Origin: Eukaryota sp. GEM-RC1
Taxonomy: Eukaryota
DNA: 64,000 nucleotides
Direction of reading: 5' to 3'
Assembly: GCA_040285855.1 (NCBI GenBank)
Contig: JAUFOQ010000005.1
Span: 1,488,001 to 1,552,000 of the forward strand
The translations under genes were made by a program, and so were the position numbers. How positions within the stretch are numbered: position 1 is the first letter of the stretch; the number at the start of each line of letters is the position of its first letter. Of this stretch, positions 41,017 through 53,073 are shown piece by piece. Below the pieces are notes generated by a model. That model had not been told where the DNA came from. It made no database searches and saw only the letters and a program-made list of their open reading frames with translations.

Positions 41017-41097
41017 TGTTAGCCAAAGGTATTAGTATAGTTACGTAGTCATTATAATTCATTTATAAATCCCTTTCCCTTTGTACTGAAGGTATCA
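41017..41097 (+). repeat. 3' LTR (81 bp)
   Basis: Identical to 35020-35100; preceded by purine tract GAAAGAAGAGAAGAGGTAA. Confidence 0.95.
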
Positions 41098-42940
41098 TTG
41101 GTGACACTATTGCTGGTACAAAATATACTCTTTGGTTCTGTATCTGAGTGAAACGACCTTCAGGTACACTCGAGCAGTGTTCTTGTTGCATATACCTTGT
41201 TATCTTCCCGTCCTGACCACGTGATCACCGTCAGATGAGCACTGTACTTCATATACATGGTGTTATCCTTCCAATCTAAAAAAGAACATTGCTGCAATGA
41301 TCAAACTATGAAAGATTTGGGTGGTGAAAATGAAGTGAGAAAAAAGTGAAAAGTTGAAAAAGTTGATCTGCCCTTTCTGAACGTTTTTTATTTAATTCGA
41401 AAAAACGTAAAAAACGATAAAAAAACGTCGTTTTTTATTTTTGAGCAACGTTTTTTACAAGCCTGCTTTGATGTGTCTTTTGGGTGTTTTTGCGTGTTTT
41501 TTCGAAAAAAATTTCTCGTCAACTATACAGAGTTTGACTATCAATACATTCTTTTGGGCCAATTCTTGCCTTTATCTGACATCCCATCACGGAATCTTGG
41601 ATTCTGTGGTTCTGTTGAGTTGAATTGTGTTCTAGGTTTGTTTGACAACGCATCATGTCAGTATTTTGGCCACTTTCTGTTGGCATTGCAGTCTATTGTG
41701 GTATAACATATAGAAAAACATTCAAGTCGAACAATATTGAGGGAAATAAAAGGGTACTTTCGAAGTTTTCTAGGTTTTTTCGCAGAAAAACACGTGCACA
41801 CGCGGTGTCTTTTTTGCGTGTCTTTTTGCGTGTCTTTTTGCGTGTTTTTGAAAAGACACCGTGTCCGTGTCCAAACGTGTCTGCGTGTCCAAACGTGTCC
41901 ACGCGTGTCTTCGAACACTGCCAGCAACTGAACACTTTGAAATTGTTGTCAAACGTGTACTTTTTCCAGCAATGCGCATTTCTGTCTACCTATACTAGTA
42001 GGTGTATTTTGATTTCGAACTTGAGACACCCCTTAAATACAAATCTTTTTCGACATACTGATACTAGTACATGTACTCGTAATTCTCTATATTCCATGCC
42101 TGTTTCGAGATGTATCAAAATCCCACATCATTTGGCATCACACTATACCAACCTCCTTCCAAAGGTTCTGTTGTATCAGAAGCTACAGTTCATTGTCATC
42201 ATTGTGTCCACCAGTTCGTCACTGGAACTAATCGTTTGAAACAACACTTTGTATCGGGGACGACGTAATGTTTTCTTGTTCAAAACTGTGTTCAGAACTC
42301 GTTGAAAGTCTTTAAGCTGAGTTGAGAGCTCGAAAACGCACATCCTCTTCTCATTGATCAATCTCATTCAACAACTGTTACTGTTGATCACATACTCTAC
42401 ACAGAAAATGTGTTTCAACTTTCAGGACAAACAGTGGACGTTGGTGTCTTAATAAATGGTCTTTAATTCATATTTCATTCTGTATTTTATACAATATTAA
42501 CCGTTTATGGTTTTGTATCGATTAACACTGTTCGTAGATGTGGATAAAACAGACTTTTGATCAAAAGTTTTGGTTGAATCACACTAACTTCACAGATTTT
42601 AAATCAATTCACTTTGTGATATCAAAAGAGGTACTGCAAAACACTATTTTAAGACCAACATCACTGAGAGACATATACTGAAGCACAAATATATCTCAAA
42701 AACTCAAAGTCAAAATGCGCAAGATCACAAGATTCAAAATACGTTAAAAGTCGTCAAAATGCGCGCATTTGACGCATGTGGCACATTTCTCCAAATTGAT
42801 AACACTGATGCAGTAGTGAAAAGAACACATTGATTACTTTTGCCTGCTTTGATCCATCAAACTCGGCTTACAGTGTTCAAAGACACCTTCCCACAATGAA
42901 TAATGGAGTTGGAGAAAAATGTTAATGAGACAAATGTCTA

Positions 42941-43878
42941 CAATTGGTTTAATTAGTGTGGACCACACTAATTTTCAGTGCTTTTTGAGCTCTTAGAAAT
43001 TAGAATTAGTGTAGACCACACTAATTATAATCCACACTAATTATAATTTAATAAAAATAGTGTGGACCACACTAATTTTCTGAAAAAAGATTTAGTGTGG
43101 ATTGAAATATTTTTCAAAAAATGTTATTATACTTGTAATTGGTGTTGTGTCATTCTTGGAACAACACAAAACTATAGAAGGTCTTGCAACAATGTTTGTA
43201 ATATACTACCAATGTGAAAGTTCTATTTCACTATTACAATAAATCGTTAATTGCGTTATTGTATTGCTCACGATACTTTTTAATAATTTCTAGAAGCTCT
43301 GATTTCAACTGTTCAATTTCCCAACGACCAGTTGTGTTCAAGCTCAAACCACATACTGTATATATATTTCACATTGTTTTGCGAACATGTGAATTACCAT
43401 TATAATCAAATTTATATCTGCATTGACACATTGTTCGACTAATTCAAGAAAGAATCACTTTCCAGGATTTGAAATCTTTCCCGATCTAGAAAAGTTGTGA
43501 TTGTTAATCAATTCTTTTTCCTGGTATTGCATTTCTTTAACCATTTTGCCTTGATTTTTGAAATGACAAAAGAATCTGCGGGTTGTAGTAAGAGAGTGGT
43601 GTTGGGAGGCAGATTGGACTCCATTGAATCGATTTTTTGTCGATCAAAAGCAGTCAAGACCTCAGAGCCTAGTACCATATTAATGAATGTGGAAAAGATA
43701 AGCGTTAATTGGTTCAGTACTGGTGATTTCGTATAGATTTGGTCTGATTTTCACATATTATCGATAGAGTAATAAAATCCCCACTAATTAAGTCAAAAAT
43801 TAACACTATAAAAAACCAAGAAAATAAGAATTACTGTGGACCACACTAATTCTTTATCCACACTAAATACACCAATTG
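42941..43878. mobile_element. TIR element with palindromic subterminal repeats, inserted in an older repeat
   Basis: Termini CAATTGGT / ACCAATTG; several copies of TAGTGTGGACCACACTA or variants at both ends; splits the repeat homologous to 8980-9460. Confidence 0.7.
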
Positions 43879-44886
43879 CTGTAGTTGAAGATCAGCAACA
43901 CTTCGAAACTTGTATTGGCGAACAGGAACTCGTTTAGATAATGTGATTGTAAGAGGATATACAATTTCTGTTTTAAATGAGTTTTATGAATACATCTTTA
44001 CAGCAAAATGAACTTCTGGACTTCTCCAACCAAAAATAATTGAGGACGTAGCTGGTCTCACGACCAAATTAGTCTCACTACCAACTAGTAAATGGTATAA
44101 CACTGTAAATTATGCAATCGATGTGGCAACCATCAGGAGCCATGGTTTCTCACTAGTGTCACTACACTAACAATTCTTAAGGACAGCGGTGTAGTGTTTC
44201 ATGCCGAATGCATCCATAGATAGCGGTCCGAACGCCATGATCAATTGGGTTATGCTGATACCATACGCTGTCTCAAAAGATTCATTCAAATTAGAACTTG
44301 GAAACGTCTTTACAGCAGCTAACCGTTGTTGTTTGTTATGTTCTGTACCTATGTTTGAAGTGCTGTATTATAAATTAAGTGACGAAATTCCATTAAGAAC
44401 ATACATGACCTAGCATGAATTATTTAAGATAATTTAAAATAATTTGAATAAAAAAAAGCCAAGAATAATTGTAAAGGAGATCCTTAAGACTAAGTGACAC
44501 GTCATCAGATGTGAAGATATCTACTAGCTATCGCTATCTTCACTAACAGTTAGTTTAAAAAGTTTCAAATCCACAGTACAGAGTTTGATCTTAAAATTTT
44601 GAAAAAATATTCAATTATTTAAAAATTTAACTGTCACTACTTGGCACTGTTGGAACAGAATATTTGAAAACATACAAACAACATTGTTTTGCCAATTCTT
44701 GTCTGATATCACCACAGAAGTGATCGGAATAATACCAGAAATCGCCTGTTACATACTACTGCCTAATCTACTGTCTAAAACCAAGAAAAAGGGAGTCCGG
44801 ACACAACAACTCAGTTCACAGTTACATCATTAAAAAAACCATTTTATATCGGAAGACAATTAGTAATTACAATCAAAATTCTTGAT

Positions 44887-47294
44887 TTAAACTCTATGAT
44901 TAACTTTTAACACCTCTGCCAAAGCTCTGGCACCTTCATCTCCAATAGAGTTATACTCCAGATCAATACTTGTTACTGAAGCATTCACTTTCAACGCCTC
45001 TGCCAAAGCTCTGGCACCTTCATCTCCAATAGAGTTGTATCTCAGATCAATACTTGTAACTGAAGTATTAACTTTCAACGCCTCTGCCAAAGCTCTGGCA
45101 CCTTCATCTCCAATAGAGTTGTATCTCAGATCAATACTTGTAACTGAAGTATTAACTTTCAACGCCTCTGCCAAAGCTCTGGCACCTTCATCTCCAATAG
45201 AGTTGTATCTCAGATCAATACTTGTAACTGAAGTATTAACTTTCAACGCCTCTGCCAAAGCTCTAGCACCTTCAGCTCCAATGTGGTTGTGCCTCAGATC
45301 CATACTTGTAACTGAAGCATTAACTTTTAATGCCTCTGCCAAAGCTCTGGCACCTTCAGCTCCAATTGAGTTGCGACTTAGATCAACACTAGTAACTGAA
45401 GCATTAACTTTCAACGCCTCTGCCAAAGCTCTGGCACCTTCATCTTCAATAGAGTTGTAACTCAGATTAACACTTGTTACTGAAGCATTCACTTTCAATG
45501 CATCTACCAAAGCTTCGGCACCTTCAGCTCCAATGGAGTTATCCTCCAGATTAACACTTGTAACTGAAGCATTCACTTTCAACGCCTCTGCCAAAGCTCT
45601 GGCACCTTCAGCTCCAATGGAGTTATCCTCCAGATTAACACTTGTAACTGAAGCATTCACTTTCAACGCCTCTGCCAAAGCTCTGGCACCTTCATCTCCA
45701 ATAGAGTTTTTCCACAGATAAATACTTGTAACTGAAACATTAACTTTTAACGCATCTGCCAAAGCTCTGGCACCTTCATCTCCAATAGAGTTTTCACTTA
45801 GATGAATACTTGTAACTGAAGCATTCACTTTCAACGCCTCTGCCAAAGCTCTGGCACCTTCAGATCCAATAGAGTTATACTCCAGATCAATACTTGTTAC
45901 TGAAGCATTCACTTTCAATGCATCTGCCAAAGCTCTGGCACCTTCAGATCCAATAGAGTTATACTCCAGATCAATACTTGTTACTGAAGCATTCACTTTC
46001 AATGCATCTGCCAAAGCTCTGGCACCTTCAGCTCCAATAGAGTTTCCACCCAGAATAATACTTGTAACTGAAGAATTCACTTTCAATGCATCTGCCAAAG
46101 CTCTGGCACCTTCATCTCCAATAGAGTTGTCAACTATAACAATACTTGTAAGTGAAACATTAATTTTCAACGCCTCTGCCAAAGATCTGGCACCTTCAGC
46201 TCCAAGATAGTTTTCACCTAAATTAACAGTTATAACTGAAGTATTAACTTTCAACGCCTCTGCCAAAGCTCTGGCACCTTCATCTCCAATAGAGTTATGA
46301 ACCAGATTAACACTTGTAACAGAAGCATTAACTTTCAACGCCTCTGCCAAAGCTCTGACACCTTCAGATCCAATAGAGTTATACTCCAGATCAATACTTG
46401 TTACTGAAGCATTCACTTTCAATGCATCTGCCAAAGCTCTGGCACCTTCATCTCCAATAGAGTTATGAACCAGATTAACACTGGTAACAGAAGCATTAAC
46501 TTTCAACGCCTCTGCCAAAGCTCTGGCACCTTCATCTCCAATAGAGTTGTCATCTATAACAATACTTGTAAGTGAAACATTAATTTTCAACGCCTCTGCC
46601 AAAGCCCTAGCACCTTCAGCTCCAATAGAGTTGTTACGTAGATCAATACTTGTAACTGAAGTATTGGTTTTCAACGCTTCAATCAATAACATAAAAACAG
46701 AGGCGTGTTCGGATTTTACTCCTACTTCTAGCTGCTTCAGACGTGGAAATAAAGAAGAAGAATTGTTTAGAAATTCCAAATCAGAGGGTTCCCTTAGTTC
46801 GATTCTCAATCCTGTAATTATACCAGAATAATTAAGAAATTTCTCAATTTCTAAGGTAACATCAGCGTGCAAGAAAACAGATTGTAGATCTGCTCCAAAG
46901 AAAGACGCAAGTGAAATTAGTTTGGGAATGTGTTCAAGAACAGTATGAAAGATGTGTAATTGAAAATAGACTTTAACTGCTTGGAATGAAGAATCAAGGA
47001 AGTGATTACTTACATAACCAACTTGTCCAAAGAATATAGGTAACGCTGTTTTCAAACCAGTGAGTTGAGGATTAGTTCGACCCTGAACAGTTTCGAGAGC
47101 ATGGTTACGAAGACGTCTAAGCAAGTGAAAATGGATGAGAATCAACAAAGTCTGCTGAACATGGACACGTTTAAAGGGAGGATGTGTGGATGAAGACAAT
47201 ACCGACAGTTCGTCACCGTTAGACATCACAGAGGAGAGACTGGAAGAGGATGAACGACTCTTTTCAACAAAGGTTCAGGAAGAGGTGTGAGCAT
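44887..47294 (-). CDS. RNI-like LRR protein, family copy 4 (21 repeats)
   Basis: 780-aa open frame; homologous start MLTPLP at 47294 is separated by a 1-nt deletion; alternative ATG at 47226. Confidence 0.9.
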
Positions 47295-47609
47295 TGATGG
47301 ATCAAGAAATGAGAACTTTCTGCGTTCTCTCAAACTTACTGATGTCTGTCATCCATAACTAGACTTGACAATATCTGGTAGAATCCATTTTACTTGCACT
47401 TCCATAAAAGTGTTACGCATCTTCATTTATCTAAAATCGCTTTCCTTTTACCTTTCTCGTTCATTTCATGATTAAACCACTTTTGTTTTTCCTTCGAATT
47501 ATCATTGGTGGATATACTGTTTTTAATAACAGAAAAACTGCACACTACTTAAGAGATTTAATGATTTGCATTTGTTACACTTGTAACTCTGATATGTGCT
47601 CATATGTGT

Positions 47610-47930
47610 TGTCTCTGTAAGAATTTCCAACAAGGCCAAGGTTTGTTCACCTTACCAATATGGCTGCCCTATCATCTGATGTTTTCTTCAATGCTGTTGA
47701 AAATATTTGCATTTTCAATTTGGATTATAAGAATGTTTTTAATTATGTTAAACGATCTGCCATTTTTGTCTACAGTCTAACAAAAATTAAAAAAATTAAA
47801 ATTTCTAAAAGTTTCTAGAATTAACAACCCTCTTTCTGCTGTTTTACGGTCACTGGTTTTTAATTCATTTGTTCTTTATTCTGTTTCTGGGGTTAAACAA
47901 GGAGAGCCTCTTGATCCCTTTTTTTGTTTG
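47610..47930 (+). mobile_element. Non-LTR reverse transcriptase relic
   Basis: Homologous to 23827-24020 and additionally encodes SGVKQGEPLDPFF (~47886-47925), matching the RT motif GVxQGDPLxP. Confidence 0.7.
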
Positions 47931-48165
47931 GCTATTCATCCAATCCTCTAAGAATGGTGAATAGAAAAGTTTTTTTATTTACTATGGAGCGATATAGAAC
48001 GTTCGGCACAACAGAAGAATTAGATTGGAAGGGTTCTTCGTGTTCAGTACCAGAAATAAGAGGTCATTTCCAGATACATGTACCTTGGATAGAAACAACA
48101 TCTAACAAAGAACTAAAACCTATTTCTACTTCACAATTTGATTTTTCCGAAGGTGTGTGAAAATG

Positions 48166-49003
48166 TAGTGTTACGTGAAACGTAACAAAATTTGTCTGGA
48201 AACGTTTCCGAAACGCATTTTTATGTGTTCAATTCTCATTACTTCCTAATCCAATTTCTATTTTCCAAAATTTCTAAAATATCAACACTCTCACTGTTTT
48301 GTAGTATGTCTCAACGACAATGATGAAGGTGAATTCGTTCAGATTGCAGACAGCGACGACTCTTCGTCACTTTTCTCTCCCAGTGGCCGAACAAAAGACT
48401 CTACTGATTACCTTGTGAGACGGCCTCTTCAAACTAGATGTTTCCTTGTATTAGATGGATGTAATGATCCACATATGATCTTGAACATTGTTACACCTGA
48501 TGGTGCAAGGTTATTCGGTTGTATTATAACTTTTGCAAATTTTAAAATACAATATGGTCATGTTATTTTTATAGAAGTTAATAATGTTATTGAATAACTC
48601 AATCCAGCGTACATCAAGTTAAAAAAGATGGTCAAAGTCGGTAAACGAACGAAGAGAAGTTTCTAGGATTTATCATTAGTCATAGAAGTTGAAGAAGTTT
48701 CGCATGATTTAGTTCACCTACAGGAAGAAATTGGCATTATTTTACAGTAGGATAACGGACTATTAAGTAGGATTCCTACTTGGTAGCTTGAAATTGAGTT
48801 TTAGGGTATTATCTTCAGTTCTCACTCACAATGTATCATAATCTGTAGTAGTTGATGAGTTTCTTTGGTACCAAAACAAGTTAAAACCAGACCCGAAATT
48901 AACGTTTCCGAAACGCATTTTACGTTTCCATACTGATATGTTTATTGGAAACGTTTCGGAAACGTGGAAAGGCTGAAACGTAGAAATGTTTCTCGTAACA
49001 CTA
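48166..49003. mobile_element. hAT-type MITE
   Basis: TIR TAGTGTTACG.GAAAC / GTTTC.CGTAACACTA; TSD GAAAA(A)TG; subterminal GGAAACGTTTC repeats. Confidence 0.85.
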
Positions 49004-49377
49004 GAAAAATGCACTCAATAAAATTAAATAACTCCATGAAGATACTGTTTAAATACAACTCGTCAACATCCGTGTCGTCAATCAACCAACCGAAGCAGAT
49101 GAAGATGTCTTTAGACAAAAAGATAAATATTTCCAAATATTATTCTTCTAGTCAAGGAAGACATTAAAGTCACTAATTACTGTCTGAATTACAGAGTTGT
49201 AACGAAGTTCAAAAGCTCCACAATTGAATGATCAGATTCAGATTCCTGTTGGCGTTGTGACTGATTTTACGATCATCGCAGAGTATTTTGCCTATTCAAA
49301 ATGTAATAGTTCAATAAGTACTCAGAAACTAAAACTATTTACAAACATTCAATTTATTTAAAACAACAACAGTCCAA

Positions 49378-50805
49378 CTACCTTTGCCTGTACAACTCAA
49401 CAGCATCAATAGTCTCCCACGGAGCCCTCTCAGGTAGAATAACTGTCATTTTCTCATAGTACATCTCTACTGACGGTGGATTCCTATAACCAGGATCATT
49501 AAGACAAATGCTGAAACACTTTGGTTTTTCTATCCTCTTAAAAAGAGTCTCAACTGACTTACGTTGACCCAAATGATCAAACACAAACTCATCCTGATAG
49601 CCTAAGGTGAAATAAACAAAGATACATACAATAATGATACATTGCATTATACAAGGGAATCTTATAGTCAGTCCGAATACTCTTCTGTACCCAGTAGTGG
49701 TTAGCTAAGTGAACGAAATGAGGAAGTCCATCAGGAGGTCGGAAAGGTGTTGACACGATCTTCTGGAAAGTCTCAGCAAATTCAGTAGCTGCTTCTTGCA
49801 TAACTTTCCTATTAAGAGGATACCAAGTGTGTGCCATTGCATGCCAGCACTTTAGCTTGGGTTCAGGTCTACCAAATGTCTTTGACAATATCCCACTACT
49901 TTGGAGTAATCCTTTAATGAACTGGTTGTCTCCTGGGGGTTGTATAACACGTTGGTGTTCGATCTTTGGTAAGTTGTGGAAAGAAAACATACATGGATTA
50001 ATCTTCGTCCTGTTTGTAAATCATATAGTAGAGAAGTAGGTAGAGGTTTGACCAAGGCCATATCATCGTTAAAATAGAGAAAGTTCTGTGATAAACCTGG
50101 TATTCTCCAGAGATTTGCTTCTATAGCATAAGACGAGAATACTGGTAGAACAGAAACATCTTCAAATATATCTTCATGGTAAACTATTGTAATGTAAGGA
50201 TTTCCTGGATCCAACCAAGAAGGAATCTGAGTGGGACCAGAAACTACTAGAAAAACGTGTCGTAAGTCTGGGAGATTCTTGTACACTCCACGTAAAGAAA
50301 AGACGATCTCGCCAATATCACTAAATTCTGAAGCATGTTTATCTGAACTGCTAGGATTATCAGGATAACGTTGAGGTGGGGTCTGGGAATTAATAGTTGC
50401 AGACTCTTTTGTGTGACGTTGTTCTTGCCAAACAGGGTCACCACCATTAACATAGGTAATAACTGCATCAATTCCCCTTTTATTAAAGGCTTTCTTTCCA
50501 GGAAGTAGAAAAGTTGACATGAAGTTTTCACGAGAATTTGAGAACTCGGTCTTATATTGGCTGTGTGACTGGAGTGGATCCATTGTATCACGTGATACTG
50601 ATGGGGTTGGGTGACGTGATGCATAAGTAGGGTAAGCAGTGGTTTTGACAGAATCCGCAGGAAGTATAAGTGAAACCGAAAAGGATTCCGAGAAAAGGAA
50701 AAGACAAGTGAAAAGCGAGACAAAAAGCAGAAGTCCAAGTAGTATAGAGAGACGACGATGATTGATAGGTTTTCTGAAGGAACGATGGTAATGTAGAAGT
50801 AACAT
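49378..50805 (-). CDS. Stealth-family (GNPTAB-like) hexose-1-phosphate transferase, type II membrane protein, two introns
   Basis: CR1 IDAVITYVNGGDPVW, CR2 IEANLWRIPGLSQNFLYFNDD, CR3 AHTWYPL, CR4 ICLND; introns 49964-49992 and 49602-49629 restore the frame; start approximate. Confidence 0.9.
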
Positions 50806-51577
50806 GGTATGTGGACTGTTCAACAGAGCAGAAAGACAGTGAAGAATGAAGATAGAGTGGTTCTAGTCCATAACGGTAGAACGCACTTTGAAGAAAAACA
50901 TGAATGTTGTCCTAATCATACTGCTGTAGTACGTTTTCGTACTGACTATAAATTCAATAAGTCCGACACTGTCCACAAAACAGAGGCAAAACAAATACTC
51001 TAGGTCTCAAGCAATCACTGTTGTTTGCCAGAAATAGGCGTATTCAACATCGGTTTGGATTACAACATGAAGTCCTTTAACGAGATTCAATGCGTAACAA
51101 ACAAATTCATGCGTTGCATGAACAACAAGAAGAAAGCTCGAATATTATCTTAAGTTGAAACAATTATTGACAATTTCAATTAATTGGAAACAATAACAAT
51201 TGAAGATCCCCTATAAAAGATTAAAGAATTGGTATGATGTTGGGTAATTATGTGCAATACTGTCTGTAACAAAACATTTGATGTGGGTAATGTATGACAA
51301 TGATGACGCACATCCAGTAACTCTGTGATAATAAAACGTTATCTGAATACTATCTCATAAGTTCTTTGCTATCTGGTACAGCACTACTGAACACTACGAT
51401 CAAGACAACTCGCGGGATGGATCCACCATCCACACTAACAGAACTGAAGATTTGAGTATTCAGTGAAACACGATGTTTAAAAAAAAAGACGTCAAAATGC
51501 GGTTGTTTACACTAGGATGGATATCCCAAAACCCATCCATTCAGAATTAAATTGAGTGACATGAAAGGACAAGAAAG

Positions 51578-52221
51578 ATGCAGTTTCAAAAATTGTTCAA
51601 TTTTCTCCCTTTCCAAACCTCCTCCAAAAGCATGTCTGTCCAAATTCCTCAAAATCAATCTCAACGCTTCGAAATCGCCATCCACAACCATCTTGTAACT
51701 GGTAGTTTGAGCTATCCTTTGACAGAGATGGTTAATCGTCGACTATGGGATGACATTGTGTCAGAAATAAACCAACGTCTACCCATGAAAAACTACTAGT
51801 ATGTACCATTCATCCCTTCTCTCACCACAGTCACTGGCTTATCTTCATTGGATACATTCTGTGGATGTTTATCGCGTGGAACTTCATACCAATGTCTGGT
51901 GGATTGATTTTACTCGATTCCGTGCTATTCATTGGTGCTATCGTGGGCTTCATTATTACCTTTCGAAGTAGAAGGGATCTTGGATACGCTGCTGTCAGAC
52001 TTTATATCAGAAGTCAAGCTAACGCTGCATTGGAACAGAACAAGCTCTTTTTGAGATTAGAACGGCAACCAAAACGTGACTTTCTGATTATGGAATACGT
52101 GCCCAATGCCACTCCAGCATTAATCCAACAACAGAATGTGAATGTACAATATGTAGAGGCTCAAATACCTGGCCAAACTGCTTACCCAGTATTAAATTCC
52201 GCTCCCGTCCAAGAGGTTTAA
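51578..52221 (+). CDS. Hypothetical two-TM membrane protein with one 32-nt intron (51799-51830)
   Basis: Removing GTATGT...CACAG joins the two ORFs in frame (KNYYHWLIFIGYILWMFI). Confidence 0.75.
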
Positions 52222-53073
52222 TAGAAGGTGAGGAGATTGACGACTGTAAAATAATAGTAAGCAAACCCATGGTGTCACTTGTGACACTTAAACGGGGAGT
52301 GTGACACCGTTTTTTTTTGCTTAATAAAATCCAACACTTCATTTTTATCACCTGTTCAGACTTCGTCAAGGAAACTTGAGTAATTCCACACAAAACACCT
52401 GTATGAGTGTGACCATCAAGTGGTGTCTTGAATTTTTGAAACGTTGATCGGACTTTTTTCTACCTCACATCAAGTATAGTTGTAAACTACTTGATGTATC
52501 TGATTTTGTTGAGATCAATATGGAAATCTCTGACTGTTGGATTACAGGCATCAGTAGACACAGTATATATTTTGAACATACTTTCAATGATTTTACAAAG
52601 TAATTTGCAATTTAGAGACAACCATTTGGCTTTTACAATTAATTAACGGATACAACACAAAACGTCTAACGCCAACACACGGGTAATGATATACACAGCG
52701 TGTGGCTGTGTGTTGCGAACCCTGGATAATATACTACACTATAGAAAAATGAATGTATTTACAAGACAAGTGGAAGAAAACCAATGGGAAAAAGAGGAAC
52801 AATGAAAAGGCAATGTAACAGAAACAAAAAAATGTCTATAAAAAGAATTATGTAGTTTAAGCATAGTAAAAAAGAAAAGAACCGTCATAAGAACATCATG
52901 CAATATACAACTAGAATACAGACTAATCAAGTGTGTATCAATTTGGGTCTGTGCGTGTGTTTGTTGCCCATAACATATAAAACAGCATTGGAATTTAATA
53001 AATTAAGTAATAGTAAATTTTTTAACCACAAAAGGTGCATTCACATCTGGTTGAAATTTCTCACCCTCAAAAT

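Larger units (their letters stand above)
35020..41097 (+). mobile_element. Full-length but coding-defective Ty3/Gypsy (chromovirus-like) LTR retrotransposon
   Basis: Identical 81-bp TG..CA LTRs, 4-bp TSD TTGG, PPT; CCHC knuckle (~37142-37185), protease IDSA, RT LDLPKAFWQ and YIDD, RNase H, integrase, chromodomain-like tail. Confidence 0.95.
34818..41465. mobile_element. Middle hAT-type MITE (~570 bp without its insert)
   Basis: TIR CAGGCTTGT / ACAAGCCTG; perfect 8-bp TSD CTTTGATG; subterminal AAAACG repeats at both ends. Confidence 0.9.
34738..41920. mobile_element. Outer TIR element (hAT-like MITE) hosting nested insertions
   Basis: TIR CAGTGTTCGAA / TTCGAACACTG; shared subterminal GACACCGTGTC and CACGCGTGTC motifs; flanks only imperfectly duplicated (CAGCAACTTGAAC vs CAGCAACTGAAC). 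Confidence 0.75.

Noticed and set aside
41655..42239. 194-aa ORF and overlapping short ORFs
   Set aside because: They run across the repetitive subterminal region and TIR of a MITE; no protein motif
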